Shown here: piece by piece, positions 27,035 through 40,362 of the stretch
How positions within the stretch are numbered: the stretch's first letter is position 1
How the letters are laid out: every line of letters starts with the position of its first letter
Assembly (NCBI GenBank): GCA_047967505.1
Contig: CM106538.1
Source of the DNA: Dipteris shenzhenensis
Taxonomy: Eukaryota
Length of the DNA stretch: 64,000 nucleotides
Reading direction: 5' to 3' (one strand)
Notes under the pieces: model-generated
The model's database searches: none
Seen by the model: only the letters and a program-made list of their open reading frames with translations
What the model was told of the DNA's origin: nothing
Position numbers and translations under genes: made by a program

Positions 27035-29688
27035 CATCTATCAGTATTTAGATTCTATGATTATGCATATTTAGGATGCAAGCATGCCAAAGGAGACATG
27101 GGATACTTTGACAAAAATGTATAGCACAACTACACAAGCCAGGAAAATGCAGCTCAAGCAAGAGTTGCATAATGTGCAGAGAGAAATATGAGCATCAATG
27201 ACTACCACATGAAGGTGAAGAAGATTGCATATGCACTTGCTTCCATTGGATCACCAGTGGAAGATGATGATTTAGTTTCTATGACCTTGAATGGTCTAGG
27301 AAAGGATTATGCACAATTTCGGACATCCATTGCCGTCTGTCAAAATTTTCCTGATTTTGAGGAGTTGATTGCTCTTCTCATTTCTAAAGATCAGAGAAAT
27401 GATGGTGCATCTTCTTTAGGAGGAACTTCAAAAGAAACTGTCTTCTACTCAAATGCTAGAAGTGGTAGAGGCAGAGGTAGAGCAGGCCGATCTAGAGGCC
27501 GTGGCATAAATTAGAATGTGCAATAAATTCAAGAAAACCAGTCCTATGGAGGCGGACATGGTAACTTTAGAGGCAAGGGGAGCCAAAGAGATCATGGTGG
27601 ATGGCAGAGAGGCCAAAATGCAAACAACAATATTGAATGCTACTACTATGCTAAAATGGGTCATATGGTTAAAGAAGACTGCTATAAAAAGCAAAATGAC
27701 ATCATGACTGGAAAATTGCAGCAAGACAATTATGCATCCTCTAATAGACACAGTGATGACAAAAATGAGCATTTGTTTATGGTGCGGCACATGACCAATT
27801 CTGTGACAAGTGAAGAACAAAGCAATGATGTGTGGTATGTTAACTCAGGTGCATCAAACCACATGACAGGTCATGCAGAATGGATGCAAGACCTTAGGAA
27901 AATAGAAAGACCAGGATTTGTGGAGACTATGATGATACTGCACATCCTATTGTGCAGATTGGTAAAATTCCTTTGTCTATATAGGATGGGAAAAAGAAAT
28001 ACCTGTCTGATGTATTTCATGTCGTGAATATCACCAAGAACCTGGTTTTTGTTGGTCAAATGGTTGAGCAAGGCTTGCAGTTCAGATTTAATTCTCATGG
28101 ATGCTTTGTTGAGGATATGAAAAATAAAGGTCGCTTGATAGCAAAAGGAAAGAAGAAGGGCAAAATGTTTACGTTGGATGCAGACATGCCTAAATTGAGT
28201 GCAGCAATGTTTGCACATGGGACCGGTGTAGTTGCAAATGTTGATATCTGGCATAAACGCATTGGTCATGTTAATGTACAGTGACATAAATTAATGCAGG
28301 CCCAAAATATTTTTGCAGGATTGCCTAAGTTCAAGGTTGCAGAAATGCATAAGTTATGTGAAGCCTGTCAATTTGGAAAACAAGCAAGGAAACCATTTCC
28401 TAGGCATGTTCAAGAGAGTAAGAGACCATTGCAATTAATCCACTCTGATGTCTGGACTACTAAAGCTGCATCTATTGGAGGCTATCATTATTTGGTCACT
28501 TTTATTAATGACTACAGCAGAAAAGTTTGGGTGTATTTTATGAAAAAGAAAAGGGAAGTGTTTGAGTATTTCAAAGCTTTTAAAGCTATGGTTGAGAAAG
28601 AAATAGGCCTGCAAATAAAATGCCTAAGGTCAGATGGAGGGGGAGAGTACCTCTCAAATGAGTTTGCAAGGTTCCTGCGAGAGCATGGCATAAAGCAACA
28701 ATATTCATGCAGTCATACCCCACAGCAAAATGGACTTGCAGAAAGGAAAAACAGGCATATTGGAGAGGTATCTCATGCCATGCTCAATGAAAAAAATCTA
28801 CCAGACTATTATTGGGCTGAAGTAGTTGCTATAGCAGTCTACATAATGAACAGGACTCCCACTGCAGCAATACATGGCATGACGTCAGAGGAGAGGTATA
28901 TTGGTAGGAAACCAGATATTTCTCATTTGAAAGTTTTTGGTTGCATTGCCTATGCTCATGTGCCAGATGAGTTGAGATCCAAGGTGGATCCAAAAGCTGT
29001 GAAGTGCATCTTTATTGGTTATTCTTTGTTGTAGAAAGGGTATAGATGCTATAACCCTTCTACTCGTAAGTTTACAGTGAGCAAAGATGTTGTTTTGGAT
29101 GAGATGAGCAGTTGGTATAAACCAGTAAATGTGATTGACGATGTAGATGCACAAAATGGTAATGCTGCACAGAATTCATAGCAGTAATCACAAAATAATA
29201 GTGGACATATAGTGTCCTGTAGCAGTGGTTCACATACTTCACCATGGACAGGCAGATTAAGATTAGAGGGATCTCCTCAAAGTAATGCAGATAGTGGTAT
29301 GCAAGTATCACGAAAAGGAAAAGAGAAAGTAGATCAGCCCATGGTTGATGTGAATGCAGGTCACTCTTATGTGGATGGTGAATCGAGTGGCTTAGAACAG
29401 AGCCTTGATGATGAGTTGGGTATTCCTTATGTTGTTACACCTGGAGTAACGAAGACAAGGGATGTTTTAGAGCACTTCGTAGTGAGCCTATTTTGTGCAG
29501 GTCTACCAGAGCTAGGTATCCTATGGATATGCTGAAATATGATGGATTTACAGCCATTCACTATGCCTATATGGTCAAAGTGATACATGAACCAGAACCC
29601 ACTTCTTCTGAGCAAGCCATGGGAAAAGAAAAATGGGAGAAAGCCATGGATGAAGAAATGGATGCCTTGGAAGCAAATGCTACATGGG
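27035..29688 (+). mobile_element. Ty1/Copia internal fragment, family B (gag-protease-integrase-start of RT), no LTRs
   Basis: Gag ARKMQLKQELHN..., protease-like WYVNSGASNHM, GAG-pre-integrase WHKRIGH, integrase LIHSDVW...LRSDGGGEY...QQNGLAERKNR. Ends at EMDALEANATW. Multiple stops and frameshifts. Confidence 0.92.
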
Positions 29689-30690
29689 TGCATATAACAT
29701 GTAGCATTAGTCTATGGTAGAAATATTAAATTCAAATAAAAAAGGGTACCTTCTTACAAAGCTTTAAAGATAGCATATGGAAAATTAGTAAAATTAACAA
29801 AGATCAAGACCTTGACAAATATTGAGAGCTTATCACTTGTAAAAACCATAAGCTTTTCATTCCTGTAAAAAAGTTTCATATAGGATTAAAAAATTCAGTT
29901 TGCATTACTATTTGTTACAACTAAAGGAGAATGTTACAACTCAAAGTATGTATACAGCTTTAGAGCTAGACTAGTAGCATAGCTTCTCTAGTATGTTTCC
30001 CCAATAATTGAGAGTACAAAGCTAGACTAGTAGCAGAGGTTCTCTAGTTGCTTCTCGAATAGCTCAAGAAGAGATGACGACGATGAGATGTTTGAGCAGA
30101 CGTTAGAGGAGCAAAATGGTACAAGAGGAGCTGATGCATGAGGAGAAGATAGAGGATCATGTAGGTGCATCACATGCTCCAGTTGCATCAAAGTCCTCCT
30201 GAGGAGCGTCTAGGTATAGCAAAACCTAAAAGTCTCCACTGCAACCAACAATGTCCAAGATAATTATCACGAGAGGGGTAATTACCACAAGTTTTGGAGG
30301 ATCATCCTTCTCTATGTGTTGGAACGTGGTAGATATCTACACATGTACACATTCACTAAGATTAGTGTGGTTGTTGGTCAGTAAATCATTGAGAAGTACT
30401 ATACATGTACAAAAATCATGTGAAATCATATACATTGTTATTGAGAAGTAATATAAATGGTCTCCCCAACTATGCTTTTCATTGAATTGTGCTCTCCCTC
30501 CTACACAATAGCTATTGTAATGTTTTGTTTGGTAACAAATGAAGACAATGAATGAATCATGTAAATATAACAAATGAAGATAATAAAAAACCGATTTGTA
30601 AACATTCTATGCACCTTTTTGTTGTTGATAATGAATGATAATTCTTTCAAATACTGTCCTCTGTCTCCACATGAATGTCATGATGCAATT

Positions 30691-33600
30691 GGGCTCATTA
30701 GGGGAGGTTTGAGGTCTCAAAAGTGCCTCATAAAGCAATAGATTAAGGAAGAGATTAAGTTAAGCAAAAGTGACCTACTATGGTAACCCAAGGGTATAAG
30801 GGACCCCTGGCATTTACTAAGCTGACATGGACCATCTTGGCCCTTGGATGGCAGATGGATCAAGGACCTAGGATGCCTTGGATGGGGCCAAGGTTGACTT
30901 TAGTGGCCTCCAAATATGACAAGGGGAAGGCCTAATAAAGAGGGATAAGGTGCTTCATTGTAGGCCATTAGATCTCTATTCAAGATCTATGGTAGAGTGG
31001 AGGTGCTTCACGAAGGGCTAGGATTGAGGTGCTTCATAAAGGGTGGAGATCACAAGATGAAGATGGATGGACTAGATCAAAGCACCATATTGAATGGCTC
31101 GGATTGAAATGCCATTTTCTCTCACCTCCTCCCTTAGGTCCATGCTTGATTTATGGCCCATATTGAAGCGCCTTTTGTATCCATCCCCTCGCTTGGATCC
31201 ATCCCTTGATCTATGGCTTAGATTGAAGCGCTTTTTCCTCTCATCCCCTCCCTTGGATCCACCCCTTGATCTATGGCCTAGATTGAAGCACACTTTCCTC
31301 TCATCCCCTCCCTTGGATCTACCCCTTGATCTAATGGCTGGAGTGATCTACCATAAATTTGAATGTGACCCTTGGATTGGAGACTAAATCAATGGATAGG
31401 AATGAGGACCAAGGGTGAGAGGTCTCCCCACCCATAATTTAAGAAAACAATACAATGTTTGTGCTCAACAGATAACAGGATCTCGTATGCAAGAGAGAAA
31501 AGTAGATAGTATGGAGAATCAAAGATTTGATTACTGTAAAACTGATACAATAGATGGTGCTACCTCCCAGCCGTGCGCTCCTATGTGAGAAGCTTCGATG
31601 GCATGCTGGAAACAGTAGAGGGCGAAGGCTGGATGCTAAGGAATCATGGTTGCTATAGCTAGTGATGATGATGGGCTTCACGGGATTGCTCTTATATAGC
31701 CACCAATCATAGTCGGTTAGACCCAATTGGGAGACCGACTTTGTCGGCCCAAAACGGCCGACTGAAGGCTAGGCCACCGACTAGACGTTAGAACCGTGGC
31801 ATAGAATAGAGCAACAAACCTATGGTTACCGTTCAGCCCAGAGCCATCCGAGATCATCTGGGGCTCCAAACGGGCCCCGTAGCCCGAGAGTGGGCTACCC
31901 CAGGAAAAGCTCCATCCACCCTCAGTGCAATCAGACAAGGGATGCCTTCCCACACTTGCATGTAGCCTAGTTGGCAGTGTGCCAACTCTATCTGAAGCCG
32001 TCCAGCCATTAGGCCACACATGACCCCCATCTGATGTCCAAACCAGGACCTACCGGATAACCGAGCTACTCAAATGCCTTCTCCTCATATGGGAGGCTTA
32101 CAAGTAGAGTTAGCTAGTTCCCACATAATTACACGAGAGTGGAGCATTGATATCTAACACCCCCCCTCAATGTCCACTTGCAAGTGAACTTACTTTTTCG
32201 GCCCAATGCCAAGTCGATGAAGATGCCTCTCTAGCAAGTCTCTTCCAAGAGCCTTCGTGAAGATGTCCGCAACATTCTCTGTAGTTGGACAGTACACCAA
32301 GACGACCTCTCCATCCATGATGAGCTCGTGTACAAAGTGATATTGAATCTCAATGTGTTTTGTGCGAGAATGGAACATAGGGTTCTTTGCAATTTCCATG
32401 CAACTCTAATTGTCACATGATAACTACGTAGGCTTGTTCTGCACTACACCCATGTCCCCTAAAATCCTCCTCAACCACATTGCCTCACAAGAGGTACAAC
32501 ATGCTAATTTGTACTCAGCCTCGGTAGAAGAAAGAGCAACTATGGGTTGCTTCTTGCTGACCCATGACACACCTCCAGATCCAAGTGAGAAACAGTAACC
32601 TGTCACTGACCTTCTGCTATCCACGTCTCCTTTCCAATTTGAGTCACAAAATCCAGTCAAGGTGTTCCCCTTGGTATAGGTGATGCCATAATCAAGTGTG
32701 CCTTTGATGTATTTCAGCACCCACATCCCTACCCTCCCCAATGGTTCTCTCGGGGCTTATTGGAAAACCTGCTTAGTACACCAGTCGCAAAACTGATGTC
32801 CGGCCATGTGTTGCACAAGTAAATCAAACTGCCCACAAGCCTTCTATACTTCACTTCGTCCACCAATGGTGATGAATCCTCATTTGAGAGCTTCACGTCA
32901 ACCTCCATAGGAGTGCCAACTGTCTTGCACTCAGCCATGACAAATGCCTTCAGTATCTCTCTAGCATACTTCAGCTGTGAAATGAAGATCTGTTTTGGCT
33001 CTTGCCAAACTTCAATCCCCAGCATACTTCAGCTATGAAATGAAGATCTGTTTTGGCTCTTGCCAAACTTCAATCCCCAAATAGAAATGCATTAGTCCGA
33101 GGTCTGTCATTTCAAACTCTCTTCCTAGCAAATGCTTTGTCTATGAGATCTTCTCTTCATGATTCCCTGTTATGACAAGGTCGTCCACATAAAGGACCAC
33201 GATCATACACCTTCCTCCTTCTCTGTAGATAAACAAATTTGCATCAGATGGGCTCCTCCTGAACCCGTTTTGTAGAAAATAGGCATCAATCCGCTGGTAC
33301 CACGCTCGTGGGGCCTATTTTAGTCTGTAAAGTGCCTTCTTTAGTTTACAGACTTTACCTTCTGTGAACCGGGGATCACAAAAGCTGGTGGTTGTTCCAT
33401 GTATACCTCCTCCGTGAGATCTCCATTCGGAAAGGTAGATTTTACATCCATCTGAAACACGGGCCAACTTTCTTGTGCTGCTAAAGCCAAAACACTGCGA
33501 ATTGTGGTTAGTTGAGCTGTGGGAGCAAAAGTATCCTGATAATCAAAACCATGTACTTGTGCAAATCCTTTTGCCATGAGCCAAGCCTTGTACTTATCCA

Positions 33601-36600
33601 ATGTGCCGTCGGACTTCTACTTGGTCTTGTACACCCACTTGGTGCCAATTACCTTGCGTTTTGGTGGTCGATCCACAAGGTCCCAAGTGTTGTTCTTTAT
33701 TATGGAGCCATACTCTGACTGCATAGCATCCATCCACCTATCATTACCCTGTGCTTCTTCAAGACACTTGGGTTCTTCAACACGGATCACCTCTGTCATC
33801 AAAGTGTAGTTGACCAAGTGTTCTTGTGCCCTTCTTTGCTCCTCTAATCTCTTGGACCAATGGTGTTCGGATGGTTCCTCCTCAATGGCTAGAGGTTCTC
33901 TACCTTCCAAAAGCTACTTTACCCACTTTAAGAATGGCCATTACCATTGTGGTTTTGTAGGCTCTTCTTCCTCTTCTTTATCTTGAATCCTCCCAAGCAC
34001 CGTTAGGGGAGCTCGGTCTGCTATTGGTGGTTGTACTGGATGAATATTCTGGTCCTGGTTGTCTGGGAAGGAAGCATCCTGCTCTAATTGATGCAGCTGT
34101 TTTGAGAAGACCACATCGCGACTTACTATTACCTTCTTGGTAACAGGATTATAGAGACGGTAACCCTTCGCCTCTTCATTGTAGCCTAAGAAAATACACT
34201 TCGGCTCTTTGGTTTCCATTTGGTCCTGTTAGCATCAGGGAAATGCACAAAACAGTCACATCCAAAAACTCTGAAATGTGTAGCTGAAGGTTTCTTACCA
34301 GAAAAGGCCTGCAGCAGAGTCATCCCATTCACAGCCTTCGTGTAGCTACGATTCAGAATGTAAACTACCGTGTTACATGCTTCAGCCTAGAAAGTCTTTG
34401 GCAAATCTTTCCCTTTCATCATACTCCTGCCCATTTCGCAGTGATGCGCATCTTGCGCTCTGCTACTCCATTTTGCTGTGATGTATGTGGCAGGGGTTTT
34501 TGCCTCTTGATCCCGTGACTTTTGCAGTAACTTTCGAATTCACTTGATGTGAACTCACCACCTCTGTCTGATCTCAACTTCTCTACCTTCCTCCCCATTT
34601 CTTTCTCGACCATTACATGCCATTCTTTGAACTTACTAAAAGCCTCATCTTTAGCCCTCAGGAAGTATATTCATATCCTTCTACTGTAGTCATCGATCAC
34701 TGTCATGAAGTAGTAGAAACCACCCAAAGCTTCCATCTCCATCTTTCCATAGAGGTCCATGTGAACGAGCTCTAGAGGAGCCTTTGCCCTGCTAGCGTCT
34801 TTAGGAAAGGGTTGCCGATGCTGCTTGCCCATCATGTAAGCTTCACATACATCGGGCAGATCTGTAATTTCTGGTAGGTCTGCAATCATTCCACTTTTAT
34901 GCATCTCCTTTAAAGAACTAAGGTTTAGATGACCAAATCTCTCATGCCATAGCTCAGTGTTGCTCACATCGGCTCGAGCACTGAAAGCTGAGAGTTCGTA
35001 GATGTTGCTGCACCGTGTACCTTTACCAATGGCCTTCCCTTGAAGATCCCAAATCTGTGCACCATTCTTATCGAAGTGAACTTTGAGGTCCAATCTGTGA
35101 TCGTAGAAACAGACAAGTTCCTCTTGATATTTGGCACATAAAGAACATCGGACAACTGTTTTATAACTCCATCTGAGTTGAGAGCAATCGTACCTTTTCC
35201 TTTTGCTGGACATTTTGCATCATTGCTGACTACTACTAGGATGTCATTCCCTATCGGATGTAGAGGGGTATACCAATTCTTCCGACTGGTCATGTGGCGC
35301 GATGCACCACTGTCAATAATCCAAGGTTCATCCACAAGTACATGAACTGCCTCTATGCAAATCTCCTCAATTGCTACGAACAGCTCTACTGGTACTGCCT
35401 GTGTGCTGTTGCTGGACTCTTTCTTTACTCTGTTCTTCTCATCTCCAATCTTCTTCTAGAACTCATTCTGCTTGTGCCCTACCTTGTTGCAATAGAAGCA
35501 ATTGATCTTCTTCTTTCTCTTTTTATCATCAGAAGAAGATGGGTTACTAGAGTCCTTACCCTTACCTTTCTTTGATCAAGCCAAGAAGGCCGAATCTTCT
35601 CCAGTCCTCATCTTTTGATGCATCTCCTCATCCAGAAGCATCGCGATGAAATCCTCAAAGTTGAGGGGCAGATTTCTGTTCTGCGTATTTAGCGCTGTAA
35701 TAAGACCGTCATATTTTGGTGGGAGAACCTGCATGCACCTTCATGCTAGATTCTTGCTGGTGATGGTGATGCCAATTGCAGTCATATGATCATGCAGATT
35801 CTTCACCCTGGTGATGAACTTCTCTTCTATTTCAGACTCAGAAAGTTTCTCATTCGCGAGTTGAGTCTCTAGATTCTGAATCTGTGTCTGATTCGTGGTC
35901 TCGTACTGATTTTTAAAGACCGTCCATGCCTCCTCCGCTGTGGTGACATGTTGAATTAACACCATGACAGAATCACTTACACTGTAGATAATAGAACACA
36001 GTGCATCTGCATTTCTTCTTGTCCATCCGAGAATCTGATCCGCAGTTGGTACTATCTGTTGTCCTGCATTGGATGGATTTGGTCTCACAACCGGCTTCAC
36101 GTCCACCCTAGTAGCAGTATCCCAAAGCTCGTATGCGCTTAGGATGGTCTTCATCTTGAACTTCCAGAGTGAATAGTTAGTGCTGTCCAACTTTCTGCTT
36201 TCGCTGAATGGTGGGATTCGCAGTCTTGTGGACTGGGCCATCTCTCACAATCTGCTCACAAACAGAAACACACTACCAAATCTTCTTGCTAGAGCCCAAG
36301 CTCTGATACCATGCAAGAAAACAATACAACATATGTGCTCAACAGATAACAGGATCTCGTATGCAAGAGAGAAAAGTAGATAGTATGGAGAATCAAAGAT
36401 TCAATTACTGTAAAACTGATACAATAGAAGGCGCTGCCTCCCAGCCATGCGCTACTGTGTCAAAAGCTTTGATGGCATGCTAGAAATAGTAGAGGATGGA
36501 GGCTAGATGCTAAGGAGTCAGGGTCGTTGTAGCCAGTGATGATGATGGGCTTCACGGGCTTGCTCTTATATAGCCACCAGTCGTAGTCGGTTAGACCCAA

Positions 36601-37206
36601 TTGGGAGACCAACCCAGTCGGCCCAAAATGGCCAGCTAGAGGCCGGTCCCGAAATAGGCCACTGACCACACATTAGAACCGTGGCGCAGAATAGAGCAAC
36701 TAACCTATGGTTGCCGTTCAGACCAGAGCCATTCGGGATCATCTGGGGCTCCAAATAGGCCCTACAACCCGAGAGTGGGGGGGACTACCCCAAGAAATGC
36801 TCTGTGTATCCTCAGTGCGGTCAGTCAAGGGATGCCTTCCGGTACTTGCATGTAGCCTAGTTGGCAGTGTGCCAACTCTATCTGAATCCATCCAGCCATC
36901 AGGCCACACATGACCCCCATCTGGTGTCCAAACCAAGACCTACCGGATAACCAAGCTACTCAAATGCCTTCTCCTCATATGGGGGGCTTACAAGTAGAGT
37001 TAGCTGGTTCCCGCATAGTTACATGAGAGTGGAGCATTGATATCTAACACTCCCCACCCATAAATGCACAACATGTCCTTTTGTACACCTCAATGTACCA
37101 TTGCCCCACACAAACATCGGAACACCTCAAGCCCCTCTCTAATACCTTGAAATTATGAAACACTAATTAGAGGCCCTTTTGAGACCCCAAATCTTCCCTA
37201 ATGAGT
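30691..37206. mobile_element. Non-autonomous TIR element (~0.9 kb net) interrupted by the Copia-A element; contains a 60-bp minisatellite (31095-31335)
   Basis: CTCATTAGGGGAGGTTTGAGGTCTCAAAAGTGCCTC (from 30694) is the reverse complement, with few mismatches, of GAGGCCCTTTTGAGACCCCAAATCTTCCCTAATGAG (37170-37205). Outermost bases and TSD unclear. Confidence 0.6.
31438..37049 (-). mobile_element. Full-length degenerate Ty1/Copia LTR retrotransposon, family A (LTRs 36312-37049 and 31438-32159)
   Basis: PBS TGGTATCAGAGC (tRNA-iMet) next to the 5' LTR; PPT TTGAGGGGGGG next to the 3' LTR. Gag NYSLWKFKMK, protease WIIDSGASRHM, integrase LRSDRGGEF, RT QMDVKS...YVDD, RNase H FHSRTKHIEI...ADIFTKAL. Many stops. 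Confidence 0.95.
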
Positions 37207-38300
37207 GTACAACACTGTCCTATTGAGATAAGACTTACCAATATTCCATCTTCATAGACCTTGATCTCCAATATTTTGTTTTCAGGGCCAAACAAGTTAA
37301 GGTCTTGGTCCATAAGAACTAATTTATCCGCCACGAACCTACTATGTTTGTATTAAAAAGAAATTATAAAATTATGGATTGCAATCATATACTTAATGGT
37401 AACCGTACTTGGCACCACCTCATAGTAGACCTTGTTTGATATTGATTTATCCCAACCATCATCCAAGAAGTCAAGGCTCTCTTCATTTCCAGTTGCTTTA
37501 TAGGTGAGCATTGTTTTGCACACCTTGATTGGATACTTATTAAAGAGATCAACAAAGGCAGTGATTGGCATGCATACATTGATTTTTACAATTCTTGTAG
37601 GAATGCCTAGCCATAAAGATCGCTGAACTTTTGAAAATAGCTTAGCCGTGTATGTCTCTGTCACACTACTAGGGGGCACTCGGCAGTCTAACATATTCCA
37701 TGGCAGAAAATCTTGTTTCCTCAAGACATCATGAGTGTTTTTTTAATTCAACAATTCATGAAAATGGTCATAGAAGAAGATACCTATATGTGCCAATTGA
37801 GTTGCAGCTCTACCTTGATATTGTAATTCTCCTATTGCTCCATGCAAGACATCCAAGAATCCCAAAATGCGCTCCACCGGCTACCATTCTTCATATGATG
37901 ATGGATACAGATCTGAAAACCAAAACACATTTTAGTTTATGCATAAAATAGCAATGTAATTTGAAACTACCATTCCGAAACTGAAAGGGTTAAAAGCTCA
38001 CAATTGGTCCTATTCCGTGAAAGATAATCTAGATAATCAAGCAACACAAGTTCATTGTGCATATATACATGCTCGACTTAGTATTTCCTGGATACTTTTC
38101 TTAACATCTATTGTTTTGAAATCTTTGCCCCTGCCTTTCCAAGAGGCCAGAAATATGTTATTTGACCGTGGTTTTTTCCTTTAGCACCCAACTTCCTTTC
38201 GACACAACCATCTTTTGCCAGTGACCATCTGCATACACCCTATTGGTGGCAAACTCTATAGATGATATGCATGTTGTAGGTCACCAAGAAACAACTCTCA
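37200..38300 (-). pseudogene. Degenerate spliced ORF of unknown family with chromodomain-like motifs
   Basis: Long near-open frame including ORF 37353-37724; GT-AG intron 37913-38001; segments VERKLGAKG..NIFLASWKG and EEW*PVERILG. Confidence 0.4.
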
Positions 38301-39094
38301 CCTCTATGTCTTAGTCTTTTGCATTCTGAGTTACACACTGCTTCATATTGGGATGCCTTAGGTTGCTTGTTGCCATGGATGATTCATGAAAGAGAACCAA
38401 ACTTGCAAATGGGTGAAATGCAAGCGAGAGGACTAGGAGGAAAAGTGCAACAAAGCCTATTTAGGCAAGAAAGATGCCCTAGGGTGCCTATTTCCATGGA
38501 TGGAAAGTGCAAGCAGGAGAACTGGGGGGGAAAATAGGCCTAATCCTACACTCAAGAAAGCACATTTGAATCTTTGATTCATACAAGCGGGAACACTTGT
38601 TTAGGAGGGAAATCATATTTGAGTCTGTGATGTTTTTTGAAAATGAGTCCTTGTCAAGTTTATACAATTGTACATCCATAAAGTTGTCTCTTTCTCCCAT
38701 TTCTTCATAAGAAATGGCAATGAAGGAATATTTGCCATTTTGTGCTACCATTTATTCCTAAGAAATGGTAGACAAGAAAATGTTGCCCTTTCCTATTGCC
38801 ATTTCTTTGTAGAAGAAATTGTAGTTGAGGATCTTGTTGCCATTTTTTTTGGGCAAAAATCTTGTTGCCATTTCCAACTGCCATTTCTATCAAATATATG
38901 GCTCTTTGAGAAATGCTTGCCATTTCATACGTTAAAAATGGCAAAGATGGAAATTTGGTGCCATTTTTTATTACTCTTTCTATCGGGCTTTGGTGTAGAG
39001 GTCACTAGTTTATTATTTCAAAATAGCGGATTGATGCATGTCTCCTTCACACTTTTGTAGAGCACCAAGCACAAGTATTGCTTACAAACCATCT

Positions 39095-39403
39095 AGTAAC
39101 CCAACTTTTCCTTTAGGAGATTTCAACATCAACATGCTTGAATGTTCTTAAAAGCAAATATAACTAGCAAATGTCATGGAACAACATCATTTATGCTTAG
39201 TAAACAAAGGCTCGACAACAATCTACAGATCTCAAATTGGTCATATCTCGACAAATGCATTGATTACCAACAGTTACATTGGAACAACTCAAGCATATTG
39301 GACTGGCCATAGTCTTTTTAACATTGCATATCAATTTCTAGCACGCCTGCCATTAGTCACATCACCTTATAATTCCATGCTTGAGGACATGAACTTGACA
39401 TGA
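39095..39403 (+). pseudogene. AP-endonuclease (EEP family) C-terminal remnant, LINE- or Helentron-derived
   Basis: PTFPLGDFNINML (GDFN motif), then TTIYRSQIGHISTN (IDHI-like) and QAYWTGH (SDH-like); the frame ends shortly after. Confidence 0.55.
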
Positions 39404-39838
39404 TCGCATCACACTTTAACTATAAAACAATCTCGGGGGGGTCACTCATCATATGTAACCCTATCACGTGAGTTCAACAGAAGGATATTTTTTATTTCTA
39501 AAATTTACAAAAATAAATATACATAAGGGACTATTTAGTGATGGAACTAGCACAAGGGATTGGGATTAATGCAAAGACACCAATTAGGATCTCACAAAGT
39601 GCAAGGAGTGTTGCCATGAGCCAACTTTGTATTTCATAGATGTTGTAAATCTGAGGAAACCACAAACTATTTTCCAATAAAGTACATAATTAACACAGCT
39701 TTCCTATCCAAGAGAAGCAAGTGCTTATTATGAGCACTTGTGCTCTTTTGTTTTTATTTTGAAAACAAGGTGAAGTAACTTCAGTGGGCCTGCCAGAGAT
39801 GGTGCACACAAATTGTGGAAGATAGGCAAGAGAAGAAG

Positions 39839-39915
<77 letters not shown>

Positions 39916-40149
39916 TGCAAATAGCAAGAAATAAGAGTGACACGTATAATTTCAATTTTGTTTTTTTTAAAACCCTATTTTCACTTTGCCAAGATGAGCG
40001 CCATTACTTAGGCTTTCACTTTAAAAGTGGTAGGCCAAAAAGCCCTATTATACCTTATTTCGATTTGGAAGACTCAATTGTAGAGGTTTTAGCCATAGTT
40101 TTTGCTAGAAAGCACGATCGGGCACTTCCTACATTCTATGAGATTTATC

Positions 40150-40362
40150 CCCATTTTTTGGGCGACGATTCAAATGAGACTCTCTCCTGTGAAGAAGACT
40201 TGCGAGGATATGGATCGCTGGATACCACCTGTACACTCAATAACAGCATAGTTTTGGATCAGGATTCTTTCATAAGAGTCGAAGGGAGTTTGATTTTCAC
40301 AGCGAATGTTTCCCTCATTTGTCCGGTTCGTGGTTGCACCATCCAGGTCAATCTATCAGGTC
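40150..40362 (+). pseudogene. Isolated fragment of a conserved plant Gly/Cys-rich protein (At5g11700/At4g32920/At5g47020-like N-terminal region)
   Basis: LSCEEDLRGYGSLDTTCTLNNSIVLDQDSFIRVEGSLIFTANVSLICPVRGCTIQVNLSG resembles the SC.DL.G.GSLDTTC...C...GC.I..N.SG pattern of that family (recognised from memory). No further exons seen. Confidence 0.6.

Larger units (their letters stand above)
19948..27035 (+). mobile_element. Putative Sola2-like DNA transposon (right end not located)
   Basis: Contains the degenerate transposase 21470-24370, upstream repeat arrays and a downstream telomere-motif array. Candidate left terminus AATA|GAGTGTCATATT at 19948 coincides with an abrupt change from a coding-like remnant to AT-rich sequence. 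Broken by a Copia fragment at ~27035. Confidence 0.5.

Noticed and set aside
27064-29695. TGCATAT at both ends of the LTR-less Copia fragment as a possible 7-bp TSD
   Set aside because: The left copy lies inside gag-like coding sequence (…DSMIMHI…) that extends further left to ~27035, so it is not at the junction.
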